Shown here one piece after another: positions 45,534 to 54,881 of a stretch of DNA of 64,000 bases. Each line of letters begins with the position of its first letter. Position 1 is the stretch's first letter. Source of the stretch: a virus; IMG/VR virus record IMGVR_UViG_3300020171_000018, positions 1 to 64,000 of that record; one strand, 5' to 3'. The notes under the pieces were generated by a model. That model did no database searches. It saw nothing but the letters and a program-made list of their open reading frames with translations, and was not told the origin of the DNA. Made by a program: the position numbers and the translations under genes.

Positions 45534-45832
45534 GTGGCCCTCTTAGATGAAGCCAACAGCTCCTTGTTGGTCGGCCCCATACCATCCCCGGTTCGCCGAA
45601 GTGCGTCAAACAACGTTTCAAGCTCGTCCCTGCATCTGGTACACAAGTTGAAGCCTGTACGTGGAGGCTCCGTGCCGGGAGGGTTTGCGCAATGATGCTG
45701 GAACCTCGTATCTACCCAGGCGCGGTGCCTATCGCAGGTATCCTTCTTGCACATCGCACAGGCGGTACTGGCCTCGTCTGGGAGAGTTGGTTCACACAGG
45801 TCACAGATATAGATTACCTTGGTTGTCTTCAT
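45530..45832 (-). CDS. Cys-rich Zn-finger protein
   Basis: CDLC, CAMC, CDRH, CTRC; AGGAGG RBS; similar pattern in 59555..59848. Confidence 0.55.
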   Translation of the reverse strand: MKTTKVIYICDLCEPTLPDEASTACAMCKKDTCDRHRAWVDTRFQHHCANPPGTEPPRTGFNLCTRCRDELETLFDALRRTGDGMGPTNKELLASSKRAT

Positions 45833-45929
45833 CAGGAGAAACCTCCTTCGTTGCTCAATGATTCGCATACAGCAACCCCTCCTTACCACACTGCGCCATA
45901 AAGCCCCCGGATTTACCCGTGGGGAGTAG

Positions 45930-46553
45930 TCACCAAGCCCCAGGCAGCTTCCTAAAGGCATTCAACGCCCTGATTCGCATGTTGGGGCCATTGGTCACTG
46001 CTACTACAGCCACCCTCTCCATTTCTGGGGGCGTGATAAGCACCAACCAGTGGAGCACTATCAGCAACCCCTCAGGCCGAGTGACTCTAGCGGCCTCTCT
46101 TGCCATGATATTGGGTCTGGGGTACGGATACCCCCAGTAGGCGGCCCGACTCTCGTCATATGGCGGGTCGCATATCACTATTCCAAAGAGGCTGTCAGCA
46201 AAGGGCAGGTGGCAGGCATCCGCTAGAACAGTAGGTCTAACAGCCGGGTTCATGTCCACTGACATCCCCTCTTTGACTAGCCCAGAGCAGACGAACAGGA
46301 CAGGCTCCTCCCAGCCTATGCGCTCTTTGATGCGCTCAAGAAGCAGGCCAGGAAAGCGTTGGGCATACTTGCCCGTGGCCCTGGGGAGCGCCCACACCTC
46401 AGTCTTACCTATCTGGTGGTACTGTCCAGAGCCCCCAGCCCAGCGATTAGGAGTAGGAGTGGGTTGAGTCACAGCGACGGAAGGCCGCTCACTCACGTCG
46501 TACCAACTTCCATCTTGGGAACCACCCCTGACTTCGCATCTTGGCCAGGGCAA
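45930..46553 (-). CDS. Small N6/N4 DNA methyltransferase-like protein
   Basis: LFVCSG..SVDMNP..DACHLPFAD..VICDPPY; start probably downstream. Confidence 0.75.
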   Translation of the reverse strand: MPWPRCEVRGGSQDGSWYDVSERPSVAVTQPTPTPNRWAGGSGQYHQIGKTEVWALPRATGKYAQRFPGLLLERIKERIGWEEPVLFVCSGLVKEGMSVDMNPAVRPTVLADACHLPFADSLFGIVICDPPYDESRAAYWGYPYPRPNIMAREAARVTRPEGLLIVLHWLVLITPPEMERVAVVAVTNGPNMRIRALNAFRKLPGAW

Positions 46554-46782
46554 ACACCAGCATGTTTATGGCATCCAAGGCATCATCCTTTGCCTTGTAG
46601 GGGGGAGTCTCTACCAGTAGATGGGACTTTGGCACCTCTACCAAGCTCCCCCTCTTGGCCTTGTACGCAGCCTGCCCCATTAGCTCCTCCACCGAAAAGT
46701 GTTTCCACAGGTCTGCATAGGGGGAGTCCTTGTGGATCTGGAAGGCCACAGAGATTATGGAGTCGTACTCGTCTCTGGTCAT
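46489..46782 (-). CDS. Nucleotide-modification-associated helical domain (DUF1599/MazG-like)
   Basis: HKDSPYADLW...KAKR...KDDALDAINM; ATGA overlap with the dcd stop. Confidence 0.5.
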   Translation of the reverse strand: MTRDEYDSIISVAFQIHKDSPYADLWKHFSVEELMGQAAYKAKRGSLVEVPKSHLLVETPPYKAKDDALDAINMLVFALAKMRSQGWFPRWKLVRRE

Positions 46783-47252
46783 GGCCTGCCCTCTCGCGGA
46801 GACACAAGGGCCTTGGGGAGCTGCAACCCAACCTGCCCCTGATACCGTCCCCGGTACAGCGGCTCGTCCACTGCCAGCTTCAGGTAGGAGATGGACCACA
46901 CCTTCATGCACGGCTCTATCCTGATGCCGTAGCAGGAGCCGTTGAATACCTCCATCGTGAGGGTGCCCTTGAACCCAGGGTCCGCCACTGTTGGAGGGGC
47001 CATCAACCCCAGCCTTGCCCAGGTGGAGCGGAGGCAGATAAGGCCAATGACTCCCGCAGGCACCTCAACAGTCTCTATAGTGGAGGCAAGAATCCGTCTC
47101 ATGGGTGGGATGACCATAGGCAGGGCGATGGGCTCCCAGAACATCCTATCTATGGACTCTTGATTGGTAGCATCTATGAACAGGGCTGGCAAGATTCGAT
47201 TATCCTGGGGGTGCCTCTCGAACACTACCCTGTCAGCAATTGTCAGATCCAT
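46779..47252 (-). CDS. dcd: dCTP deaminase/dUTPase-family protein
   Basis: LASTIETV, LRSTWARLGL, DPGFKGTLTMEVFN, YRGRYQGQ. Confidence 0.85.
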   Translation of the reverse strand: MDLTIADRVVFERHPQDNRILPALFIDATNQESIDRMFWEPIALPMVIPPMRRILASTIETVEVPAGVIGLICLRSTWARLGLMAPPTVADPGFKGTLTMEVFNGSCYGIRIEPCMKVWSISYLKLAVDEPLYRGRYQGQVGLQLPKALVSPREGRP

Positions 47253-47256
47253 GTTT

Positions 47257-47604
47257 CTACCCCCCTTTCCGTTCGACTATCAACCGAGTCCCAGGCACTC
47301 CAACCTTTGTGGCCTGCTCGATGATCCTCGGACTCACCCCGAGGGTCAGGAGTGCCTGCTTATCCAAGGTTGCCCGGCCCTGAGTCGGTGCCAGAGATAC
47401 CTCGTATCCACCGGCGTACCAGGCCCTGGGCAGCTCCAACTCAACTGCGGCATCCAGTAGGGCCTGCTTGAGCCTGTCCTCCTCTTCTTTCAGGGCCGCA
47501 AGAGCCTCATGGGTGTTGAAGTAGTCTTGGGCCAGAACGGACATTCTCTGGGCGTCTGAACCAGCGAGAACTAGTGGCTCTACCTTAGTCTCCGCCACTG
47601 ACAC
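47257..47604 (-). CDS. Gp157/Gam-like small coiled-coil protein
   Basis: Coiled coil followed by RATLDKQALL; AGGAGG RBS. Confidence 0.5.
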   Translation of the reverse strand: MSVAETKVEPLVLAGSDAQRMSVLAQDYFNTHEALAALKEEEDRLKQALLDAAVELELPRAWYAGGYEVSLAPTQGRATLDKQALLTLGVSPRIIEQATKVGVPGTRLIVERKGG

Positions 47605-47756
47605 ACCTCCTACTCACTTGCCAAGAATCCGGGCCCGGGCATCCCTGAACTGCTTCCATATCCCCTCTCTGGCCTCCTTCCATGTCTTCTCTATCGCCCT
47701 CAGCGCCTCATCCCGCTCCCGCCGCGCTCTCTGTAGCTCACTCTTGATGCTCATGG

Positions 47757-48188
47757 CTACCCTCCTTTCGTTTCCTGCTTTGATCTGGTTCTACGGGGCC
47801 TTCTTGTCACCGTGGTCCTCTCCGTGACGTTCTCAGCCATGTAGTGTGCGGGGCAATCGTGCCCAAACAGCCCACACGACCTGTTCGTTTGCTGATGTAC
47901 TGACCCACCAGGCATCTTCATGCCAGGCAGGGGATAGACTTCCACAAGCCCCCCGTATGGGCAGAATCCCGCCTTGAGGCAGGGGTGCTCAACGTCCTGG
48001 GAGACTACCCTCTCACAGTTGACCCAGAGACCCTTGTGGAAGTCCCAGAGGGCACGCTTCTGTGTTTCGGGGTCTGGAATACCCACCCTGAGTGCGTTAG
48101 ACACGGCCTCATCGTAGGCTGCGTAGGCTCTGTAAACATCGTCGCTTTCGCCCTCGGGGTTCTTGGAACCTTTGCTGTTGCTACTCAT
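47757..48188 (-). CDS. Cys-rich hypothetical protein
   Basis: PCLKAGFCPYG..SCGLFGHDCPAHY. Confidence 0.5.
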   Translation of the reverse strand: MSSNSKGSKNPEGESDDVYRAYAAYDEAVSNALRVGIPDPETQKRALWDFHKGLWVNCERVVSQDVEHPCLKAGFCPYGGLVEVYPLPGMKMPGGSVHQQTNRSCGLFGHDCPAHYMAENVTERTTVTRRPRRTRSKQETKGG

Positions 48189-48202
48189 GCCTCTACTCCT
48201 CT

Positions 48203-50839
48203 TTATCTCCAATCTAGCTTCTCCATTTCGCCCCACCTGTACCCCACCTTGGCATCGCACGGCGTCGGCACGTCCAACTTCACCGCCGACTCCATGATTG
48301 GCACAACCAGTCCCGCCAGCTCCTCCACCTCCCAGGCCGGGCACTCAAACACCAACTCGTCATGCACCTGTAGAATCATCCTGCCCTGCAACCTAGCCTT
48401 TTGGAGTGCCCAGTCAATCCGTATCATGGCTATCTTGAGGATGTCTGCGGCTGTCCCTTGGACCGGCATGTTGACGGCCATCCTGATGCCCTCAGCCCGC
48501 TCCTTCCTGATTGGCGAGTAGGCCTCAGGCACCCACCTCACCCGATTGAACATATCTTTGACCCACCCCCTCTCTAGTATCTCAGCCTCTTTGGTCTTCA
48601 TGTAGGCCCTGACACCTTGATACGTCTCAAACCAGGTGTTCAGGTGCCCCTGCCAGTCCTCCACGCCGATGTTCCTGTCCTGCTTGTAAAGGCCCATCGC
48701 CGAGATGCCATAAATGACGCCGAAGTTGACCCTCTTGGCGGCCTTCCTCTCATCGGGGGTTATCTGCTGGGCCAACTTCTCGTACATATAGGTTGCGGTC
48801 TCGGCGTGAAGGTCCCGCCCCTCCCTGAACGCACGCAGCATTACAGGGTCTTGGCTGAGATGGGCCATGCAGCGCATCTCTATCTGTGAGGCGTCCACCG
48901 ATAGCAGCACCCAGTCCCAGGATGGGGCCGTAAACACCCTACGCACCACCAACCCGTACCCCTCTACAGGTACATTCTGTACATTTGGAGCCTCGGATGA
49001 GAGGCGCCCAGTCGCCGTCCGGGTCTGCTTGTAGGTGGTTCGTATTCTGCCATCTGGATGCACAATCCTGGGGTACACGTCTATGTACGTCCCCTTGAGC
49101 TTCTCTATCTCCCTGTGCTCCATGATGGCATCCACAACCGGGTGCCGGCCCTTCAGCTCCTCCAGCACATCATCGTCCGTGGAGATGCCACCAGTCGGGG
49201 TTCGCTTGGTGGGCTTCAACCCTAATCTGTCGAACAGGAGCCACGCCACCTGCTGGGGAGAAGATACGTTGAAGGGTGTCCCTGCCTCCCACCACACCTG
49301 GCCCAGGGCGTCCTCCAACTTCTCAGCCATCTCCTTGGCTATCCGCTCGTTCTCAACCCTGTCCCAATACAACCCCTGAGCTGTCATGCGGTTCAGTATG
49401 GGCACTAGGGGCAACTCTATATCCCACAGCAGTGACCCCATATCCCAATGCTTGATTTGGCGTTCGAGCACCGGCCTGAGCTGGTGAGTTGCGATTGCGT
49501 CCATCGCTGAGTAGCGAACCCACTTGGCCTCAGTGGGCACATCAGCGATGGTCGGGTGAGGCACCGTTAGCCCCGTGGCCCGCTCTATGGCCTCCCTCTC
49601 CACCGCCTCAAGGTTCCCTACCAGTTTGAATCCGTCCGCCCCCTGCCCCACCTTCTTGGCCATAGATCCCAGCTTCCTCTCTAGGGGCTGGTGCTTGTGC
49701 GTCTTTAGCAGGATGTCGGTCTTGCCTTTGTTCCACTCCCACCTGTCCTCTGGGGGCATGGGGCCGTACTTGTGCTTGGCGGCCTCCAAGAGGTAGCGTT
49801 TGACCTTCTCGGCCCCATACTGGCCCACTAGGTCATCGTAGCGGGCCATCTTCAAGCCAAGGTCACGGTAGGCCAACTCTTTCAGGGCCTGACTCTCCTT
49901 CCCCAAAAGGTAGGCCGCAATCATGGAGTCAAACACGGTCTTGTCAACCTTGATACTGACCGACTCAAGGACTCTTACATCGTAAAGTGCGTTGTGCATC
50001 ACCACCACCAGCCCGGGCCTGTTCAGGGCCTCAGTTAGCCTCTTGGCCCCGTCTGCCCCCAGGTCATCCCGATGCACCACGTACCCAGTCCGACCATCCG
50101 TGCTAAATGACATGCAGAACAGGCCCCGCTCGTCTGATTCTGTGTCCACCGCCACACTAGGGGACTGGCTGATGGCCTCCACCACTGTGTCCACACTTAC
50201 TCTGATGGTCACGAGGTCTGGTCTGGAGTTGTCCCTGCTGAACCTCAGGCCATCCGCCAGAAACGCCCCTAGTGCCTTGAAGTCATCCATCACCAGCTTC
50301 CTGAACCGGGCCTGCCTGAGTCCCGCCGCCGGGTGATAGCATGGGAACACGACCGTCCTATGCCCCGCCACCATGACCTCCTTGGGCAGTCCATGAGTCT
50401 GGCTGACTGTGAGAGTGGGATCATTTAGCACCCAGCGAATCGCAGCGGCACCTACGGGGATGATGAGCTTGGGGCGCATGGCGCGAATCTCATCAACTAG
50501 CCAAAGAGTGGTGCAGATGGAGACCGCTTCTTCTGGGGGGGTGCCACTCCCCGTGGCGCTTGACAGGCAATTTATAGTATTAGTGAGCAGCACCCCTGTT
50601 CTGCCCAGCCCCGCTATCTCCAACAACTCATTCAGGTATCTCCCGGCGTTTCCAATGAATGGTATGCCCCCCGATTCAGGGTCCGCCTCTTCCTTGCCGG
50701 GCTGCTCCCCAATCAGCATGACCTCTAGCTCATCGTCGGCCCACCAAGGGGGAACAGGGATACCGTGCTTGCCAGCCAGGGAGCAGGAGGCGCAGGAGCG
50801 CACGCCGTCAGCTATCTGGGAGAGTTGGGTGGAGTTCAC
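48203..50839 (-). CDS. polA: Family A DNA polymerase with N-terminal uracil-DNA glycosylase (family 4-like) and 3'-5' exonuclease domains
   Basis: UDG: CASCSL, GEQPG, PFIGNAG, YHPAA; Exo: VDTES, HNALYD, YSAMDA; Pol: TGRLSS, DASQIEMR, RKAAKRVNFGVIYG, QVHDE. Confidence 0.95.
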   Translation of the reverse strand: MNSTQLSQIADGVRSCASCSLAGKHGIPVPPWWADDELEVMLIGEQPGKEEADPESGGIPFIGNAGRYLNELLEIAGLGRTGVLLTNTINCLSSATGSGTPPEEAVSICTTLWLVDEIRAMRPKLIIPVGAAAIRWVLNDPTLTVSQTHGLPKEVMVAGHRTVVFPCYHPAAGLRQARFRKLVMDDFKALGAFLADGLRFSRDNSRPDLVTIRVSVDTVVEAISQSPSVAVDTESDERGLFCMSFSTDGRTGYVVHRDDLGADGAKRLTEALNRPGLVVVMHNALYDVRVLESVSIKVDKTVFDSMIAAYLLGKESQALKELAYRDLGLKMARYDDLVGQYGAEKVKRYLLEAAKHKYGPMPPEDRWEWNKGKTDILLKTHKHQPLERKLGSMAKKVGQGADGFKLVGNLEAVEREAIERATGLTVPHPTIADVPTEAKWVRYSAMDAIATHQLRPVLERQIKHWDMGSLLWDIELPLVPILNRMTAQGLYWDRVENERIAKEMAEKLEDALGQVWWEAGTPFNVSSPQQVAWLLFDRLGLKPTKRTPTGGISTDDDVLEELKGRHPVVDAIMEHREIEKLKGTYIDVYPRIVHPDGRIRTTYKQTRTATGRLSSEAPNVQNVPVEGYGLVVRRVFTAPSWDWVLLSVDASQIEMRCMAHLSQDPVMLRAFREGRDLHAETATYMYEKLAQQITPDERKAAKRVNFGVIYGISAMGLYKQDRNIGVEDWQGHLNTWFETYQGVRAYMKTKEAEILERGWVKDMFNRVRWVPEAYSPIRKERAEGIRMAVNMPVQGTAADILKIAMIRIDWALQKARLQGRMILQVHDELVFECPAWEVEELAGLVVPIMESAVKLDVPTPCDAKVGYRWGEMEKLDWR

Positions 50840-52569
50840 TGGGCGTTCTTCTGGGCGTCCCTTGGGTCAACCATTCTGTTCGCCGCAATGTCCAGATAGT
50901 GCTGGTCTTGGTCTATCCCGATGCACTCGAACCCCTCCAAGATACAGGCGAGGCGAGTCGTACCTGAGCCTATGAAGGGGTCAAGGACTACGCCATTGGG
51001 GGGAGTGATAAGCCTGCACAGCCACCGCATCAAGTCAAGGGGTTTACAGGTGGGGTGATCCGCCTTGATGCCTGTCCCCCCTAGCCCGTATTCCCGTTCA
51101 GAGCGCGAAGCCTTAGAGGTATAGAAGAACCTGCTAACAGGCCCGCTATCCCCGTAGTTGCGAATCAGCTCGCGCCTACTGCCATCTGGATGATCTGTGC
51201 GCCCCTCCATACGCCGCCAAGCATTTAGAGTACCTGAACCGTCTGTGATGCGGAATGAGCCGCCTTTGCGCTCCCCTGCTTGCTCGTCCAGTAATTGGGC
51301 AGCCCCTTCATCTAGCAGCAGGTTGGCGGGCCAGCGGCCCTCTGTACTCAACTCACCACTGCTAGTGCGGGACTTGGTGTGCAGAATCGGGTTCGCCCGC
51401 CTATCCGACTCTATCGGATGGAGAAGAGGTTTTGACCCAGGGATGCGACATGCCCCAATGTTCAACCCGCCCACACTCCATCGAAGGACGTTCTGGGCCA
51501 CTGTTGGCTCCGACAGGGGCTTGCGAACTAGGATAATTGGCTCATAGCTGGGTTTAAGAGCGACGTTCCATCCACGCCAGACGGACAATGTTCCCAATCC
51601 CGGCCCGGAAGCAAGCACGGGAACAAAAGCACCTGGGATGGTGCTCAAACTCAAGCTTCCTACGCTCAAACCGTTTACCGCAAGACAAGCAGAATACCAT
51701 GACCCATTTACTTGGATGCCTGATTGGGGGGTGAAAGTCTCTTGTGTGAGCAGCCCAATCAAGCAGGATAAGGTTTTCAGGTCGGTTGTCATCTCGTTGG
51801 TGATTCCCATGATGGACGTGCTCGTTCGGCTGCAATCGCCGTTGGATGATGCCTTCCATGATGACATCGTGTTCAAGGCGATAGTCACCATTGGGGCATC
51901 TGACCGCGATATAGCCATCACTACGCTTGAACCGTCCGCCCTTCCAATTTCCATTAGCAACGCCTCGGCGTCCCCTGGCCGGATTAGAGCAAGGGCGGCT
52001 GCAATAGGTTCCTTCACCTCTTCGGATTTGAGACAAAAAAACTCGGAACGTTGTACCACATGCGGGACATTGGCGCTCAACAGACATTTTTCTACCTCCT
52101 CTCGGAGATAGTTTACCACATTCAGACCTTTCGGGAACCCAGTTCCGAAAAGATACATAAGACAGTCCCTCACCTCAAACCCAGCGTCCTCAAGAGCGCA
52201 CATGAGCCTGTGATGGGTTCGAGTCCCTCCGAACACCAAGGCATGACCCCCGGGCTTGAGGACTCGCAGGGCTTCAACGGCCCAGGTCTTGTGCCACTCT
52301 TGGGCAGACAAGCCAGCATGATAGCGCGGCTTTGCACCACCAGCACCGAACCAGGTCTTCCCACTAATCCCTGGTATGCCCTCCTTACCATCTTTAGGCA
52401 AACGCCAATCGCCCGCTAGTTTGTCCCACTCTTTGCCCATGAACTCCAATCCATACGGGGGATCAGTCACGATTGCATCCACCGAGCTCTCTGCCATCTC
52501 AGCCATGACAACCCTACAGTCCCCCAGATACAGGGTGGTTGTCAAGTCCTCGTAGTACGGTGCTCTCAT
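50836..52569 (-). CDS. N4/N6 DNA methyltransferase (beta class) with a ~180-aa in-frame insert
   Basis: VTDPPY, GFPK, ALKPSYEPIILVRKP, HPTCKP, LDPFIGSGTT. Confidence 0.9.
   Translation of the reverse strand: MRAPYYEDLTTTLYLGDCRVVMAEMAESSVDAIVTDPPYGLEFMGKEWDKLAGDWRLPKDGKEGIPGISGKTWFGAGGAKPRYHAGLSAQEWHKTWAVEALRVLKPGGHALVFGGTRTHHRLMCALEDAGFEVRDCLMYLFGTGFPKGLNVVNYLREEVEKCLLSANVPHVVQRSEFFCLKSEEVKEPIAAALALIRPGDAEALLMEIGRADGSSVVMAISRSDAPMVTIALNTMSSWKASSNGDCSRTSTSIMGITNEMTTDLKTLSCLIGLLTQETFTPQSGIQVNGSWYSACLAVNGLSVGSLSLSTIPGAFVPVLASGPGLGTLSVWRGWNVALKPSYEPIILVRKPLSEPTVAQNVLRWSVGGLNIGACRIPGSKPLLHPIESDRRANPILHTKSRTSSGELSTEGRWPANLLLDEGAAQLLDEQAGERKGGSFRITDGSGTLNAWRRMEGRTDHPDGSRRELIRNYGDSGPVSRFFYTSKASRSEREYGLGGTGIKADHPTCKPLDLMRWLCRLITPPNGVVLDPFIGSGTTRLACILEGFECIGIDQDQHYLDIAANRMVDPRDAQKNAQ
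51554..52087 (-). CDS. HNH endonuclease nested out of frame inside the methyltransferase
   Basis: CPACG..YCSRPC, NGNWKGG, EHVHHGNHQRDDNRPENL, CLSC..FCSRAC; own GAGGAGG RBS. Confidence 0.9.
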   Translation of the reverse strand: MSVERQCPACGTTFRVFLSQIRRGEGTYCSRPCSNPARGRRGVANGNWKGGRFKRSDGYIAVRCPNGDYRLEHDVIMEGIIQRRLQPNEHVHHGNHQRDDNRPENLILLDWAAHTRDFHPPIRHPSKWVMVFCLSCGKRFERRKLEFEHHPRCFCSRACFRAGIGNIVRLAWMERRS

Positions 52570-52827
52570 TTAGTAGCCGCTGCCCGTTGTGAGCACATAG
52601 GTAAAGAAAGCGCTGCCCATTCCCCGACGCAACCTTGCCCGGATTCTGTTGTAGCCCGCCCCCATGTCCACCTGCAACTGCGGAACAGTGGTCGCCCCGC
52701 ACTTATCACAGGTCAGGGTCTTGGGGAACCCCCTTACCCTTTGACTCAGCGCATCGGTGCCGCAGTACCAGCACATTGGACTGACTCTATGGGTAGTCGG
52801 TGTCCATCGGACGTTTATCATACCCAT
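52570..52827 (-). CDS. Small Zn-ribbon protein
   Basis: CWYCG...CDKCG; GGAGG RBS. Confidence 0.55.
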   Translation of the reverse strand: MGMINVRWTPTTHRVSPMCWYCGTDALSQRVRGFPKTLTCDKCGATTVPQLQVDMGAGYNRIRARLRRGMGSAFFTYVLTTGSGY

Positions 52828-52875
52828 TGAACCCTCCTCCTACGATGCTCTATAGCGCTTTCTTGTCCGTAATCT

Positions 52876-53511
52876 CTACTGTCCTATCACCAAGAGAGCA
52901 GGATCAAGCACGGCCCCCTGCTCCTTATTGGCCTTTTCGCCCTCATTGCCAATCTGCGTCTTCAGGTTGTGCCAAATACGGAGTTCCTCGCCATGTACCC
53001 AGCACGTAGCCAACATGCTGACAGCAGCGCCGTACATGAATCCAGTAATGCCCTCAAGGTCGGCTTCGTGAGACACCTCTTTAGCAATATCCACCAACTT
53101 GGTGCCTGTGGCCATGCGGGCTTCCATAAGGTTGGCCCAGCGTGCTGCATACCTCACACAAGCAGCACCATATGGATCCTTGTTGAACTTAACCCAGGTA
53201 TTCCACTTGGTAACGTTGGTGACAGTGAACGGCTTGATGCCCTCAGCGGCGGCAGCTTCGGCACGGCGTTGCGCTTCTGCGCGCTCGGCAAGCACTCGCT
53301 GGCCCTCAGGTGAGGCTTCCCACCTCTGATGGCGGCGGTTCACCTCCGCGAAGTATTCGTTGACCATGAGCAGGGGGTCACTATCGGGGTTGGCTGTAAT
53401 CGACACGTCGTTGAATGTGGTCGTTACTACCCTGCGGCTCTCAGATGCCCGCTTTGCCATGCGCCGTGTGACCTGTTCTATGGTTTCACCAACCATCGGC
53501 TCGTCCTTCAT
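52876..53511 (-). CDS. Conserved-looking phage hypothetical protein
   Basis: YAARWANLME..GITGFMYGAAV..L..CWVHGEELR. Confidence 0.6.
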   Translation of the reverse strand: MKDEPMVGETIEQVTRRMAKRASESRRVVTTTFNDVSITANPDSDPLLMVNEYFAEVNRRHQRWEASPEGQRVLAERAEAQRRAEAAAAEGIKPFTVTNVTKWNTWVKFNKDPYGAACVRYAARWANLMEARMATGTKLVDIAKEVSHEADLEGITGFMYGAAVSMLATCWVHGEELRIWHNLKTQIGNEGEKANKEQGAVLDPALLVIGQ

Positions 53512-53765
53512 TTACTTCTCCTTCCTTAGTCATTGTCGCTCTCCTACCTGTGATTCCCTTTTAGCTGACTCTCTAGAAGAACAGCCACAAACCGCTAACG
53601 TCCTTGAAGCCGAGAGCGGGAAGGTATCCAGCCAATGGGGTATGAGGTAGGATAGCTCCCCAACTTATCATCACTATCCACATACAAAACATGTAGGCAG
53701 GTACGAAAAGCACCGCAAGCCCTATGTAGTAGAAGGGATCCGAGTTGTCTTCCATACTATTCCTC

Positions 53766-54536
53766 CTATAACGCTCTCTTGTCCCACCGCTTGTGTATCT
53801 CAGCCACAACCCCCTTGCTGACCACTGACCCGAATCCCTCTATCCCCCGCCACTCAGACACAGAGGCATTCACCATCTCCGCAATACTCCCAAAGTGCTT
53901 GGCCGCCGCAATCGCCCTCTTCGGCCCCAATAGCGGGTGCTCTCTGGTCCCACTGAGGGCCAGCGCCACCCTCTCCAGCATCGTGGCCTCCCCGAACATG
54001 AACGGGTCCGGAGGCTTGACCAAGGGCGCAGGCATGGGCGTCTGGTAGGAATCGTACAGGCTAAGAATAGTCCGCGCCACCTCTCTGTCGCTCTCTACCC
54101 ACTTTACCAGCACCCCCATCTCCTGCCGGGCGGTATCCCAGGCACAAAGGCTATGGTACATGAACCCGGATGACTTCCAGACCACTTTCCCATCCCTGCT
54201 CCTTCCTGCCATGTACTCCAGCAGGCCCTCAGTACCCACCCTAACCCCCTGACGATTGATTATCACCCAAGACCTATCATAGGCGTGCAGCATCCCCGCA
54301 AGTTGCCAGTTAGCCCTCCCCGATTCTATGTCCCCCGTGAGGGACCTGACCTTCTTGTACTCAATCCCAATCTGGATCGGTTTGGAGTGGTGGTCCACCC
54401 CGAAGAAGGCGTAGTCTCCAAACTCCAACTCCGTTATCTCTACGGCCCTACCCAGTATAGATAGGATGGCAGGAGAGGATGCCTGCTCCCGGCGGTCTGC
54501 GAGGATGACTGGGGGGGCCTCTTCGCCACTCGACAT
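53766..54536 (-). CDS. ERCC4/XPF-family nuclease with C-terminal HhH
   Basis: DRREQ, LEFGDY, IEYKK..L..DI.SGR...Q, GPKRA..HFGSI..GIEGFG. Confidence 0.85.
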   Translation of the reverse strand: MSSGEEAPPVILADRREQASSPAILSILGRAVEITELEFGDYAFFGVDHHSKPIQIGIEYKKVRSLTGDIESGRANWQLAGMLHAYDRSWVIINRQGVRVGTEGLLEYMAGRSRDGKVVWKSSGFMYHSLCAWDTARQEMGVLVKWVESDREVARTILSLYDSYQTPMPAPLVKPPDPFMFGEATMLERVALALSGTREHPLLGPKRAIAAAKHFGSIAEMVNASVSEWRGIEGFGSVVSKGVVAEIHKRWDKRAL

Positions 54537-54542
54537 ACTCCC

Positions 54543-54830
54543 CTACCAGACTGCGATGAACCAGTAGTTCGACTTGTTGACCACGCATAGCCTCTCCTCA
54601 ACAGGCCCCTTGATTAAGTAGTTGCCATTTGGCGCTATCTTCTCGGTGGCAGCCAAGGTGAACGTGTACCTCTCTACGGACTCAATGGTTCCCTTGAGGG
54701 CCACCTGAGCTGAGAACCAGACCGTGACCAACTTCCCCATTAGGCCCTTGAGCTGGTCTATGTCGTAGGGTGAAAGAGGTTTGCTCTCCTTGCCTTGGGA
54801 GCCTTGGGGGCCTTGTGGATGTTCAGGCAT
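54543..54830 (-). CDS. Sm/Hfq-like protein
   Basis: GKLVTVWFSAQVALKGTIESVERYTFTL (Sm1-like), VVNKSNYWFI (Sm2-like). Confidence 0.55.
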   Translation of the reverse strand: MPEHPQGPQGSQGKESKPLSPYDIDQLKGLMGKLVTVWFSAQVALKGTIESVERYTFTLAATEKIAPNGNYLIKGPVEERLCVVNKSNYWFIAVW

Positions 54831-54881
54831 TATTGTCTCCCTGTTGTTTGTCCAGTTCCCCGCTCAGTGTCTTGGCCCGAC

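Noticed and set aside
51554-52090. Intein or group I intron in the methyltransferase
   Set aside because: No C-terminal HN-C/S/T intein end and no recognisable intron core; the HNH is in a different frame. Not excluded without RT-PCR
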